Origin: Azolla caroliniana
Lineage: Eukaryota > Plantae > Polypodiophyta
Assembly: GCA_043228905.1 (NCBI GenBank)
Contig: JBHGNT010000015.1
Location: 1,302,001-1,366,000, forward strand
Direction: 5' to 3'
Length of the DNA: 64,000 nt
The notes under the pieces are model-generated. The model was not told the DNA's origin. It saw only the letters and a list, made by a program, of their open reading frames with translations, and made no database searches. The position numbers and the translations under genes are program-made. Of this stretch, positions 20,586 through 33,088 are shown in pieces. Each line of letters starts with the position of its first letter. Position 1 is the first letter of the stretch.

Positions 20586-21280
20586 TAATATTACTTTTGC
20601 CAATGATTTTGTTGTTGCATTCATGATAAACATTGTAATAGTCCAATTCTCATGGAGATCAAATTGGTACATTTATGAGCGACATTGTTCAATACGAAAA
20701 GCAGTGATGGGGAGCAAGTTATCTATGTATATTGTGGTGGCCTAGGACATAGGGTGACAAATTATCTATAGAAACCACAACTTGAAATAGACCAAGTGTT
20801 AGAGATAAATTTGAGCTTGATTCCCCACTTAGGTCTAGCAATCCTAGTAGACCAACAACTCACAATCCAATACATTCAAAGTTTTTTGCAAACCAAAAAA
20901 GTAGTTAAACAAGTGAGTCTAACCAAAATTAGAGCCATTTAATTGGAAAATCCATGATATGTAAAGTTTTGTGCCTAATATTTGTTCTTTCATCGAACAA
21001 TGGTTCTTTGTTATTTAGTATCTATGATTTCCTTTAACATGACTTGGAATCTCAGGCATCTAATTATTCTTACTCCACCTTGGTTCAAACTTCATAATGC
21101 GGAGATTGTTTGGAGAAAGAAAGCAACCAAGGAATCTCATAAAAATTAGCCCATCCAAGTTATTCTTTATGAAGGGCCAACTTTAGAGTTCAATCCGATC
21201 TTGACAAATTTCATCAAGGAGGCTTCACAAATTAGCATGGAAAGGGGAAAATGTTTATGTTTGAAATTGTTAAGGATTAG

Positions 21281-21352
21281 GTAATTAATTAAGGAATAAT
21301 TAGTACCTAATTATGTGATTAAGTTAAGCGCGGAAGATTATGTGATATGTGT

Positions 21353-21436
<84 letters not shown>

Positions 21437-21565
21437 CTCTTATGAACAACACAAGATGGGGGATGAGTAACTATGTTAAATTAGCATTAGCATCATCAAA
21501 TACAAAAATACCCACAATGAGATATATATACATCTCATGTGCAAAGGTGCACATGTGTGAGTAGA
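21281..21565. repeat. Dispersed repeat copy 1 (probably LTR-derived) with compound (TG)n(AG)n microsatellite at 21348-21433
   Basis: Direct repeat of 61221-61457 (TAGTACCTAATTATG...AAGTTAAGCG...ACAAGATGGGGGATGAG...GCACATGTGTGAGTAGA). Confidence 0.85.
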
Positions 21566-21949
21566 ATATAGGTACTAATGTCTAAGTCCTATATTAAATG
21601 TACTTAGGAGTGGAGGATCTAGAATATGCCACTTAAGTACAAGGTCCTATTTAAGGCGTTATAGTCAACACTTCTAACTAGATTCTATCTAGGTAACTAC
21701 GAAGTTACATGGTTGACTAACTAACTAAACTAAGTTGAGCGTCATCTCTCAACAGAAATGTTAGCAACTCCATCCTTTAGCCCACAAAAGTAGAAGCCCT
21801 AATTATTAGCAAAACATCAAGAGTTATAGTTATTTGATTGATCTAAAGCTAGAAAAATAATTGTTATGTATCATATTATAATTTCTCGCCATCATGGTTT
21901 TATAAGGGGGGAAACATAAAAAGAAAAAAAGTTAAGACACATTTGTCGA

Positions 21950-24330
21950 CGTGGTCAATCTATAATCAACGAAAGTATCCTCTTAGTCATGTAGGTCTTC
22001 CAAACATCCCCATGATTTGCTTCCCATATCCAAAAACTCTCAAAATAAAGCTTGGCAATTTTGTCAAGTACATTTTACAACCTTGATTTGATCTGCTACC
22101 TTTTAGCCTCCAATTGTTAAAAGTAGACCTTATTATAGGTATAGAACCAATTATGTCTTCATTGGCATGGGATAACTTGAATCCCATTTGAGTTACTACT
22201 TTATTGTTGTCTTAATCTTCTTCCTTTCTCGATTTCTTTTGGTGACCACTTTGACCAAAATTTCAAGACTTTGTACAACTTGGTTTTTCCATGCTTTTCT
22301 TCCTTAACACATACCACACCATGGCATGGAGGTTTGAAATGTTTCCATTGAGTAGCAACAACAATTGTAGTATCTTCATGTATGGCGCCAATAGGTCCAT
22401 CACTTTCTCGATCCCAACCTATCTCTTTGCTCTATTGCTCAAGGTTCTTCTCCTCCCATACCTAGAAGTAATCGGCCCTAAGTTTGGCTGATTTTTGAAT
22501 CCACCTTAGCTTAGAGATGATATATAGAAATTGGCATCCACTAGGGCCGATATAACCTAGGATCTAAGTATGGGGGGATTTAGAAATTGGCAATAGTTAC
22601 CTGAGATAGGGCTTAGCTAGATAGGCCCAAATTTTCGTCCACTGTGATCTGGTACATTCAAACTAGCTTATGCATAGACAACTTCACTTGAGTAAGTCCA
22701 CTCAAGCATGAGACCTTGTCTTTTCTTTTTAACATGTTTGTGTGATTCATTATCCATGCATGGGGGGTTTCTCTCTTGTAAAATGTGTGTTGACCATTCA
22801 CATTTACCATGCACTTGTTGTCACTTTTGTATTGTGGATCCATTTTACCCTTGACATTTTTTTGACAATTACTAATTCTTACTAGTTTCATGCTAGGCAT
22901 TGTTTTACCATTCTATTTAAATTATCTTTCCATCTAAGTGGTTGTGCTTGTTGGACATGTACGATGATGATCAACAAATGAGTGAACAAGCAAACATGCG
23001 AGGAAAGAAACTTTACCCAATAAGTGAATGAGCGAGATGAGTAATACAAGGCAGCAAGCGAATGAGCGAGGTGAGAGAGAAGAAATAAAAAGAAAGAATA
23101 ATATAGAGAAAGTGAGTAGATAGAATCCACTACACTTAGTAACTTTTGTTGAAATCCTTGAGGTCAACAAAGGTAGGAACTACGTATTTATACAACAAAG
23201 AATGCAATAGGCAAGCGATGAATGTGTGCCATTTTGCACCTCTCTAAGTAAGACATGAATACAAGTCACATTATCACCATTCCTTAAACATGAAACTAAC
23301 CATACAATACACTAACACACTTAAACAACTAGATGTTCATGTTTAGTATCATGTTGGTCATAATAGTGATCCCCTTATTCAATAAGGGGAGAAGAACATA
23401 TTGTAATCTTTAATTGATTTTGTGTTTCAATGTAATTACAAGGGAAAGTGGTATTGCTTGTGTCTAATGGGCTTCTTGGCCAAACCAAGATTTTGAATTT
23501 TCTCAATCTCCTGAATGGTCTACTCTTATTGGTCAAGAATAGATGGATATTCTTGCAAACCTCCTCCATTAGAACCGAGTTAAATTAATGGATTGAGTAG
23601 GGTATTCTCATATGGGAATGAGCATTAGAACCCACCCTCCAAGAGTTCAAAAGAAAGATTGGGTGGCTCTCTAAACTAGAAAACAAAATATTGGACTCAA
23701 CCAAAGTCCTTTAGTTCCTCAAAGTGGTCAATGTAATATGTATGCAAGATTTGGGAACCCTATTGAAATATGATGATGGGTTGATATCGGATTGAGCCAT
23801 TGATAAAACAGCTTGCAATGGCTTTCACAAGAAACAACAATGGGACAATCAAGCCCATTTGGACAATGTAGATTCATTAAACAGAAGGATTCAACCTCCT
23901 AGGGTCCAACCTGGTAGTTAGAATATCTCATCTAGTCATTGTGACATACACAAAAAAGGAGATAATGTAAGGGAGCATTGAAGGGATGGTTGTTGATGAT
24001 CTTCCGAATTTTCCAAATGGTGAGAGCTAGTGATCACCTCCCACTGACCAAGTTCTAGAATTCTTAGAAGAGATTTTAATGAATTCCAAGAGAAGCTTTG
24101 CCAAAATATCATGTACTTCCAACATCTGGATTAGATACTCTTCCACTCAACTTCAATTTTGTTCCAAATGGAATGATCATGGATGATTTTGAGTGAAGAA
24201 ATGTGCAAGCAATACACTATTTTGCTTGATCTTGGATTAGAGCCAAGAAAGAAATTGGGTGCCAGTATTCCGTAAGGCACAATTTTGTTTGGGTATGATT
24301 GGAAGCTTTAAGAGATAGAAGGTTTAGAGA
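21950..24330 (-). pseudogene. Highly decayed Gypsy-like gag/protease remnants
   Basis: Only weak, broken similarity by eye: protease-like near 22000-22180, gag-like near 24050-24330. Confidence 0.3.
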
Positions 24331-24754
24331 AAGGAAGTTATTGAGGTCAAAAGAAGGGTACAAATGACAATGGGATGGGAGGACCCAATGTAATGTTTCC
24401 TGCAATACGATGTAAACGATTTCTAAACCAAAGATTTGTTCCAATTGCAAATGAATGTATGAAAGCATAATATTTAAAACTTTTCAACATTATAAAATGT
24501 TTGAACCTTGTACCTCCAGAGTCCAAATTATGAAGCAATATAATAACAACAACAATATGGTGAACACTCAAACTAAAGCTAAGGTCTTGGCTCCAATTGG
24601 TAACCCATGCTTAACTTTAGTGCGCATTTGCATCAAGTGGCAATGCATGCTTAGCCTTGGCTGAATGGGGAACCTCAAGGGCCAATTTTTATGATGAAAA
24701 GAGTCCAATTTATATATCTTTTTATCTAATACATGTCATGAACATTACACAAAA

Positions 24755-24755
<1 letters not shown>

Positions 24756-24792
<37 letters not shown>
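24756..24792. repeat. (CA)n microsatellite
   Basis: Direct reading. Confidence 0.95.
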
Positions 24793-24797
<5 letters not shown>

Positions 24798-25184
24798 AAT
24801 ATAGATATCAAAGCTTTAATCAATAGCTTATTGCTTTACATATGTTATTTATTATAATCTTCATTGTATACATAATATTGCGATACGTCACCACCTCATA
24901 TAAGCTAATGCATCATCACCAAAAGGCATGCTTGCATGAATGCCAACCGGTGATGATGCATGATTTCAACCATGCTATATAAGCATGCACTTTAATCATT
25001 GATAAACCATTTCGGTTCAATGTTAGTACCAACTCTAAGGCCTTGAGTTCAAGGCTCAACTATCACAACAATTTTTTTCCTTTAATTTAATAAATGTCAT
25101 TGTGGAATTTATGGTTGAACGCGACCTTTTAGTTTATGTCAAACAACCTTACCAACTATGCTACATCCATATAGGCTCTCTCTC

Positions 25185-25285
25185 TCTCTAAAACAAAGAT
25201 TATGCTTGTGAAGAGCCAAAATAATGATAAACCATGCATTATTTATCGAAATGAACCACTTCAAATTGTGGAAAGCTTCAAAAAC
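25185..25285 (+). pseudogene. Short LINE RT C-terminal fragment
   Basis: KTKIMLVKSQ...IYRNEPLQIVESFK resembles the KTK...VxxFKYLG region that follows LINE RT. Confidence 0.5.
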
Positions 25286-25867
25286 ATTGTCAAATACATG
25301 CTTAAGGTTCAAAAATGTCCCTCACCACGGTTTCTTAGAATGGCATTTGAAGCAAGCAAAAAGTTCCATAGTGACACAAAGCAAAATTTTGTGTTCCATT
25401 GGATGCATGATATGATAATGTTATATGTTGCAAGATGATGTGCAACACACTTGCTTCATTATGCATCGATAGATTTCCCAATGAATGAAGGCTTTTTGCA
25501 ACACCAATGTATCATGACATGGAAAAATGTGGTGGTTCATGCATCACACATTATACCACACATGTACACCTAATTACAAAACCATATTCTTCGTTGAATA
25601 AGAAAACCACATACATCAATACATGGAGAGCCCATCCCATTGTTTGCTATTTGAATCATTACGTGAGATGGTGTGTTGGGGCACAAGTGATGAGAGTAAC
25701 CAACTATGCACCACTTTCCCTAAACAAGTTCAGGAGACTTGAATATCACACTTTGATACAATGTTCTACCTTTGATCACATTAGACTATGGTTTCCACAC
25801 ATCTTTGACCAAACTTAATCTTTGTAAAGAATTGGATATGAGAGAGAGAGAGAGAGAGAGAACACAA

Positions 25868-26362
25868 TGTATACGGAAAACAAGAAAATTGTATTAACAA
25901 GAAGCAAGAAAGAACCAACTGGTACAAAGAGGACGAGAAGGTGCTTATGTAGTCACCTTCTCTCTATGTTCTCTCACTACAACCACCACTTGGAAAAGAG
26001 GTGGAGGCTTAACTAACTACTAAATATGTGTCATAGGACTTAACTGTTATGACACTTAGCTTATGATACAAGGAGGTGGGATGTTCACACACTTGGGTAT
26101 TCCAAAGGTGTGTTCCCACACTAAGGACGTTGAGTTTGATTCTCAACACACCCCTTCAAACACAACTTTTAGTTGCTGAATAGTTGGTTCGGATTGGTCT
26201 TTAGGTCAGCTTCAAGTCGGCTCGAGCTTCGGTTGACTTCGGGTCACCTCCAACTTCGTTCGACTTCGGTTGGCATCGAGTCTTAATCCATACTACCCCT
26301 CAAGCTCAGTTGGTTGGCAGTTGAGAGACCAAGGTTTGTAGTGAACTGAAGTAGCTTGTCGA
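25868..26362 (-). mobile_element. 3' end of Copia element I (3' LTR 25868-26148, PPT, RNase H tail)
   Basis: TG...CAACA block followed by CACCCC (PPT on minus strand); DKLLQFTTNLGL...LSLRG RNase H terminus cut at 26362. Confidence 0.65.
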
Positions 26363-27587
26363 TGTTACCCGGTGGGACAAGTGTGGCAAGTGTGAAACGA
26401 ATCAAAGGAAGTCAAGCACTAGCAGCCAAACAAGGGAAGCCGAACATTAAGGAATGGGTGGAAAGCGCCATGCAGAAGGGGGGTATATATATTGGGGATT
26501 AGCGAACACAGTAGGGAACAAAGAGAACTAGGACAGGAATAGACAAGTAGAGAGTGAGTGATTTACCGAGAGTACTTGATACTTGTATCTCTGTGTTACA
26601 CTTTTAATCGAATATATATATACTTTGTGGGTAACTTTGGTGTTTTGTCTCGTCTAGATTCATCTATATCTATATGCCTATATAATTTCCGTTTGTGTAA
26701 AGGACGTATCTAAGAATCGGTTGTAGCCGATCCCATTGCTTACCCTTCTTACTCCTAGGGTCATAATCCCACCCAAGTGGGATAGTCCAAATAACGATCT
26801 CAAGTACTAGGAAGTCATATACCCCGTAACGACTCAGCTAACGGTCTCAGCAGGGTGTCGTGACCCCAACTCTCCTTCGCACCACAATACCTTGACCCGA
26901 TTACTCAAGTGGGGTAATCGAAGGTGTTTTGTCCAGGAGGGAGCAACACAATTTGGCACACTTGGTTCGCATTGTGAGTGCACATCAAGCACGTGGAGGA
27001 GAAAGACTTGGTCGCCATAACAACGCGTCCCAATGGAATACGCACTCGGACGATGTCCTGACATGCAGAACAAGAAGAGAGTGTTACTAACTCCACCCTC
27101 ACAGAGCAACCTCCCTCAGAATCAGACACCCAATTGGGCATGACTCCCAATCTTGTCTCAACTAGCAGTGGCACCTTTGAGGTCGGCCAACCCAACAATA
27201 ACCCCTTTGTGGTGGTACGGGAGGATTCCAACTTTGACACAATGCCCTACCCCTACCCTAGATACACCGATGGAGCCGATGTGGAAGCACATGTTTGCGC
27301 TTTCCTTACCACATGGCAAGCTAACCATGTGTCCTAGCATTTGGCTGCGGCCGATACGGAAACATCGAAGATTTAAGAATTTGGTTTGTCTCTCGACGGA
27401 CAAGCAGCAAACTGGTACTCCCAACGCGACTTGATGGAGTTTTCATCCTTCCAAGAGCTCCAAGACAGATTCATTCGCCTCTTTCATCGGCAGATTCCTA
27501 AGCGAGAACTACTAAGTCAGTTCTACGCCAACTCTCAAGAGCCCTAGGAGACGATTCCTCAATTCACAATTTGCTTCTAGAACTTAC
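26363..27587 (+). mobile_element. Second-type Gypsy element J: 5' LTR (about 26363-26948) and decayed gag, interrupted by Copia H
   Basis: TGTTAC...GCAACA; PBS-like TGGCACAC at 26954; gag YPRYTDGADVEAHVCAF...LSLDGQAANWY...FQELQDRFIRLF...QEP*ETIPQF. Confidence 0.7.
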
Positions 27588-28063
27588 TGTTAACCTGTCG
27601 ACAACCGACAGACACATTAGGTCAAACGTCTTCCTACTGAGAACGTTCTATCAAGATGATTGTGGTGGAGAGGTGGATTGGTTGACACTTTTGATAGTTG
27701 TTACGATAAACATACATTTCTGATAGACTATTAGATATAATATACTTTGTGCAGCGGAGAATGATTTCGAACATATGACACAACGACATTTATAGAAATA
27801 CATAGAGTAGTCGACACAACAGATACTCTAACTACCAAACTTATATTAATCAAAATAGACATGTTCAGAGTCGAACTCAACTTCCCATAGATAGGTTTCA
27901 CACTAGCTCATGAACATGTTGTGCTAGTTTTGTAAATAGTAGAAAGGACACTTGCCCTAGCTTAGTTGGTATATAAACCAACGCATTCTAACTTAGTTAC
28001 TCTTGGATGTTTTATGTTTGATGTATTTTTTGGTTAATATACAATTTTCTATCCTGCCTTAAC

Positions 28064-28099
<36 letters not shown>

Positions 28100-31000
28100 C
28101 CTCACACACACACACACACACTCAATCTTCTTCCGATGCATTGCAATCACTCTTGCCTCCCATTCCGTTACATGGTATCAAAGCGTATGGTTTCCTGATT
28201 AAGCCTATTCGATTGTGTTGTGCTGCACGGCGACGATCAACAGAACCAGCTCATCAACAGAGAAGAAATCACCATGAACAATCAAATGGGAAGTGTTCTT
28301 CCTACGGAGAAGCTCGATAGAACGAACTTTGCATCTTGGGAATACAAGATGCATCAATACCTTGTTGGACAAGGCTACTGGAGCTATATCGAAGGAGCTC
28401 ACGAATCACAACCCAACCCAACACACGCCGACTATCCCGCTTGGGAGCAGGCTGCAAGCCGTGTGTTGTATTTCCTTGCATCATGCGTTCATGATTAAAT
28501 TCTTGGCTACATTCGAGAGGCAAAAACGCCAAAGTAGGCGTGGGAAAACCTCAAGAAGATTTTCGTAGCCAATACGGCCGCACGAAACTTCCAACTTCGA
28601 CAGGAGCTGACCAATCTTCAACAAAGGGATATGTCAATCGCCAACTACACCTTAAAGATCAAGGAGTTGTGTGATGCCCTTGGATCGATCAATGTTAGCA
28701 TTGACGACGAAGAAATGGTGCAGATATGCCTCGGTGGCTTGGCACCGCGATTTGGCGCAATAAGATTGGTCGTTCTTGCGAGAGAGAATCCTCTCTCCTT
28801 TTTTGATCTCGAATCATTGTTGCTAGTCGAAGAGAATCACGTGCGTCAAAGGAACAATGTGCATGACGTACAAATGCTATATTTGAACTTCGATCGAGGA
28901 AGAGGACAAAGCCACGGAAGGAGAGGTCGATTCGGCCAAGGCCGACACAACCAAGAGCGTAACTCCCACCAATGGCAAGCGGACAGAGACGGCCCCAGAG
29001 AGTTCGGTGGAAGGGGGAGTCATCATGCTGGAACAAGCAACCATAGGAACCTAGTTGAGTGCGGGTACAACGGAAAACCCGGCCACTATGAAGAGGAGTG
29101 TCGGAAGAAGAAGCGTGAGCAAGGCCGACAACTAACAAATTACACCACGAACTCTGACTACGGCGACCGCGGCGGAATGTTCATAATGAAGCACGAAGCG
29201 CACTCAATGTCCGCGCTTGCGTCAACTATCGCTTCCACTCCGAACTGCGTATGGTTTGTCGATTCGGGAGCATCCAATCACATGACATCCCATGAAGATT
29301 GGTTTCGGGAACTACGGAAGCCTGAACGTCCCAGATATGTCGAAATAGGAGATGACATGACTCACCCAATATAGCATATCGGGAACGTCCCATTCGGAAA
29401 CGACGGCAAACAGACCTACCCCAAGAATGTGTTGCATGTCCCCACTATTACGAAAAACCTAGTCTCGGTTGGCCAGATTGTCGAACATGGAATGCAAGTA
29501 CGCTTCAATAACAATGGGTGCTTCATCGAAAAAGGCAATCAAGTCATAGCTCACAGTCGTCGTGAAGGCCGTATGTTCATCCTCGAATAGAGCGAGGTAA
29601 AGTCGGCCATGTTTGCAAAGGGCCAGAAATTCGAAACTGACTTGAAACTGTGGCACATGAGAATCGACCACATTAATCTCCAAAAGCTCCAGAACATGCA
29701 ATTGAAAGGAGTCATAATCGGACTCCCGAACTTTACAACAAAGGAGAGTACAGGCATATGCGAAGCATGTCAGTTCAAAAAGCAACGCCGTCACCCATTC
29801 CCTAAAGAGCGGAATGTGTGCAAAGGAATCTTGGATGTCGTACATTCAGATGTGTGGGGACCAGTTTAGACAACAACATTCAGCAGATGCCGATACTATG
29901 TCACGTTCATCGACGACTTCTCCAAGAACACCTAGATCTATCCGATGAAGCAGAAGAGTCAAGTGTTCAGGCACTTCCAGACATTCAAAGGCGAAGTCGA
30001 AAAAACTAAGGGTCAGCATGTACGTTGTCTTCGATCAGATGGAGGCAACGAATATTTTTCAGATGAATTTACGGCGTATCTCCGAAAAGAAGTAATCGGA
30101 CAAGAGTTCTCGTGTCGACACACGCTTCAGCAAAACGGCGTAGTAGAGCGTAAAAATCATCATGTAGTAGAAGTCGCACGAGCCATGATGAACGAGAAGA
30201 ACCTGCCAAAATCATATTGGGTAGAAGCGGCAAATACGATCGTATATCTCATGAATAGGTGCACAACCTCGGGAGTACATGATATAACTCCGCATGAGAA
30301 GTTCTTCGGAAAGAAGCCGGACTTGTCACATGTACGCATTTTCGGTTCTATCACCTATGTACATATTCTCGACGATACGTGGCAAAAGCACCCAAAGTCG
30401 GAGAAATTTATCCTCGTAGGATACCCACTCGAACAGAAGGGGTACAAATGCTACAACCCATCTACTTGTAAGGTTTGAACAAGTCGAGACGTAGTCTTCG
30501 ACGAATACGCATCCTGGTACGCAACAAAGAATACCTCGACTCCAACCCCGCTCGACGCGAATGACACTGAAATAGAAATAGAAGCTGAGGATCGGCTCAC
30601 ACAGATGTTAGAAGACAACCCAATTACCACATGGCTAAGTGGGCCATCAGAGCCGCCGAGCGATGAAAGCACATCTCGGCCGAGTCTAAAGCTGGACAAA
30701 GGGAAGGTGAAAATGTGGGAATATCAAGATCAGGAAGAGACCGAGATGCTTCACTCTCTTGATAGTGAATTTGAAGATCACGACCTCCGTATAGATGGAG
30801 TGAAGAAAGCCATACTCCCCACGGATCGAGAGCTATGCCGATCCACACGTGAAAAGAACCCCGTAAACTGCTACGGCTACGACGAGTACATGGCGTATCA
30901 CTACGCCTTTATGATGAAAGTAGTGTTAGTACAGGAACCGGAAACACTTTTCGAAGCCGCAAAGGATCCGCGATGGGTCGACGGGATGAACAAGGAGATG

Positions 31001-33088
31001 GAAGCTTTATGGAAAAACGAGACATGGGATCTCGTTCCTCTCCCCCCGAACAAGAAAGTTATTGGCTGCAGATGGATATACAAAGTAAAATACAATGCCG
31101 ACAGATCCGTAAACTGCTTCAAAGCACGACTCGTTGCGGAAGGCTACGCACAAACACATGGCATAGACTATGAAGAAACCTTTGCCCCGGTTGCAAAGAT
31201 GACAACTGTACAAACAGTAATTGCACTCGCCGCAACGAAGGGATGGCACCTCCACCAGATGGACGTGAAAAATGCTTTCCTCCAAGGAGAGTTAGAAGAA
31301 GAGGTGTACATGATACAACCACCTGGATTCGAATCGCGTAAACATCCGCACGCCGTATGCCGACTCAAGAAGCCACTCTACGGGCTCAAACAAGCACTGC
31401 GTGCTTGGCATTCAAAGATCACGCAGTATCTTCAGCAAGTCAGATTTCGGATGTCAAAATCTGATACTTCTTTGTACATCCGAAATGAGTCAGATAGCCT
31501 GATCATCATCATCCTATACGTGGATGACTTGTTCATCAGAGGAAAGGATCTCGCCGAGATCAACAAAGTCAAAACACTTCTCTCCGGCAGATTCGAAATG
31601 AAACACCTGCACGAACTCCATTACTTCCTAGGCATTGAAGTAATTCGGACACCAATCGGGATAATGATCTCACAATGGCACTATGTCCTCAACTTACTCT
31701 ACAAGTTTGGAATGACCGAGTGCAAGCCTGTTGACACGAAATAAGCGGAATATTACTCGGCCACAACCGAGTCTCAGATCGTGTCATTTAGAATCGAACA
31801 CCGAGAATGGGAATGGAGGTGAATACACGTACACACAGACAATATGAGAGAGGGTACACAATATGTTTGCGTGGAAAACCCTAAACCTCTTGCTCACAAT
31901 CTTTGCCTAGCGGCAGTTACAATAGAGACTCGCTCTCTCTCTCTCTCTCTGCTACGCTCTGTACAGCAGTTACACTAATAACTCTATACAACAAAATAAT
32001 GACAACCACTCTATGATACACACACTCTTTTGCCCTAGGTCATATTTATACTAATATGACATTAGGACTATTTACATATATAGCCCTAGTGGGCTCTTTG
32101 GAACCTCTCATCGGGCCTGCAACATCCGGTTCTCACTAGGCCTTCATCATCCCATCCGGAGGGACCGAGATCCTAACAAACTCCCCCTTCACTCCGGCAT
32201 GGAATGTCGGGTTAGTCCAATTCACTTCCGGCATGCGTCCAGCTTGTCGAGTATTAGCACTTTGGTCAACATATCTGACCCGTTCTCCTCCGTATGGATC
32301 TTCAATAGCACGAACTCTCAATATTCCACTCGCTCCCGGATCCAGTGATACCTCTGCTTGATGTGCTTCGTCCTTGAATGAGACGCCGTTGTCGCGTTGT
32401 TACGCGCGTTGTCGAGGTATTCCTCGCGGATGCGTGGAATGAGGCGGAACCTCGGGGGTCCTGTACCGAAGAGCAAGAGAGAAAGGAGAAGAGACCCACT
32501 ACATGCGAGAGTAGATTCACAGGGACACGGCCCTTCGACACAAAGACGCGAGTGGGACAGCGACACAGAGAGACACGAATGTATGTATGTATTAACAAAG
32601 ACAGACAACAAAACACGAGGTCGGTTACAACCGAACAGGCCGGCGAACAGATGCCGATACTTGTTCGTAAACGCACAGAAAGGAAGGAGTAGGTTGGAGG
32701 TGCTGCCGGAAGCACTCGGGCATTCCTCAGAGCAGCGCGAGCCTCCCGAAACCTGCACAGAAGGAAACCAGAGAGAGAGAGAAGCCTTCTCACACAAACC
32801 GACAGCACTTCGTCCTCGACTCTCCGCGATCCCTTCGCCCCTCCTCGTCTCCCTCCTTTTATAGGCAAGGAAGGAGCCGTTTCCCCTTTACTTCCTACCT
32901 ACCGAATCTGCCTGCCTAGGATCTCCTATGTACAACATAAGGCGCACGTGCATGAAGAGCCGGTCCCTACGCTCCGGTGCACCGATTCCGCTTGTGGACG
33001 GTTTTCTTCACAACATCCGCCCCCACCTAACTGCGCATCCACCGGCATGCGCCAAATTGTGTTGGGATGGAGAAAACCGGTCCAGCCT

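Noticed and set aside
20586-25860. Host gene exons in the AT-rich interval
   Set aside because: Only short ORFs with no coherent domain or splice pattern; looks like old TE debris and microsatellites
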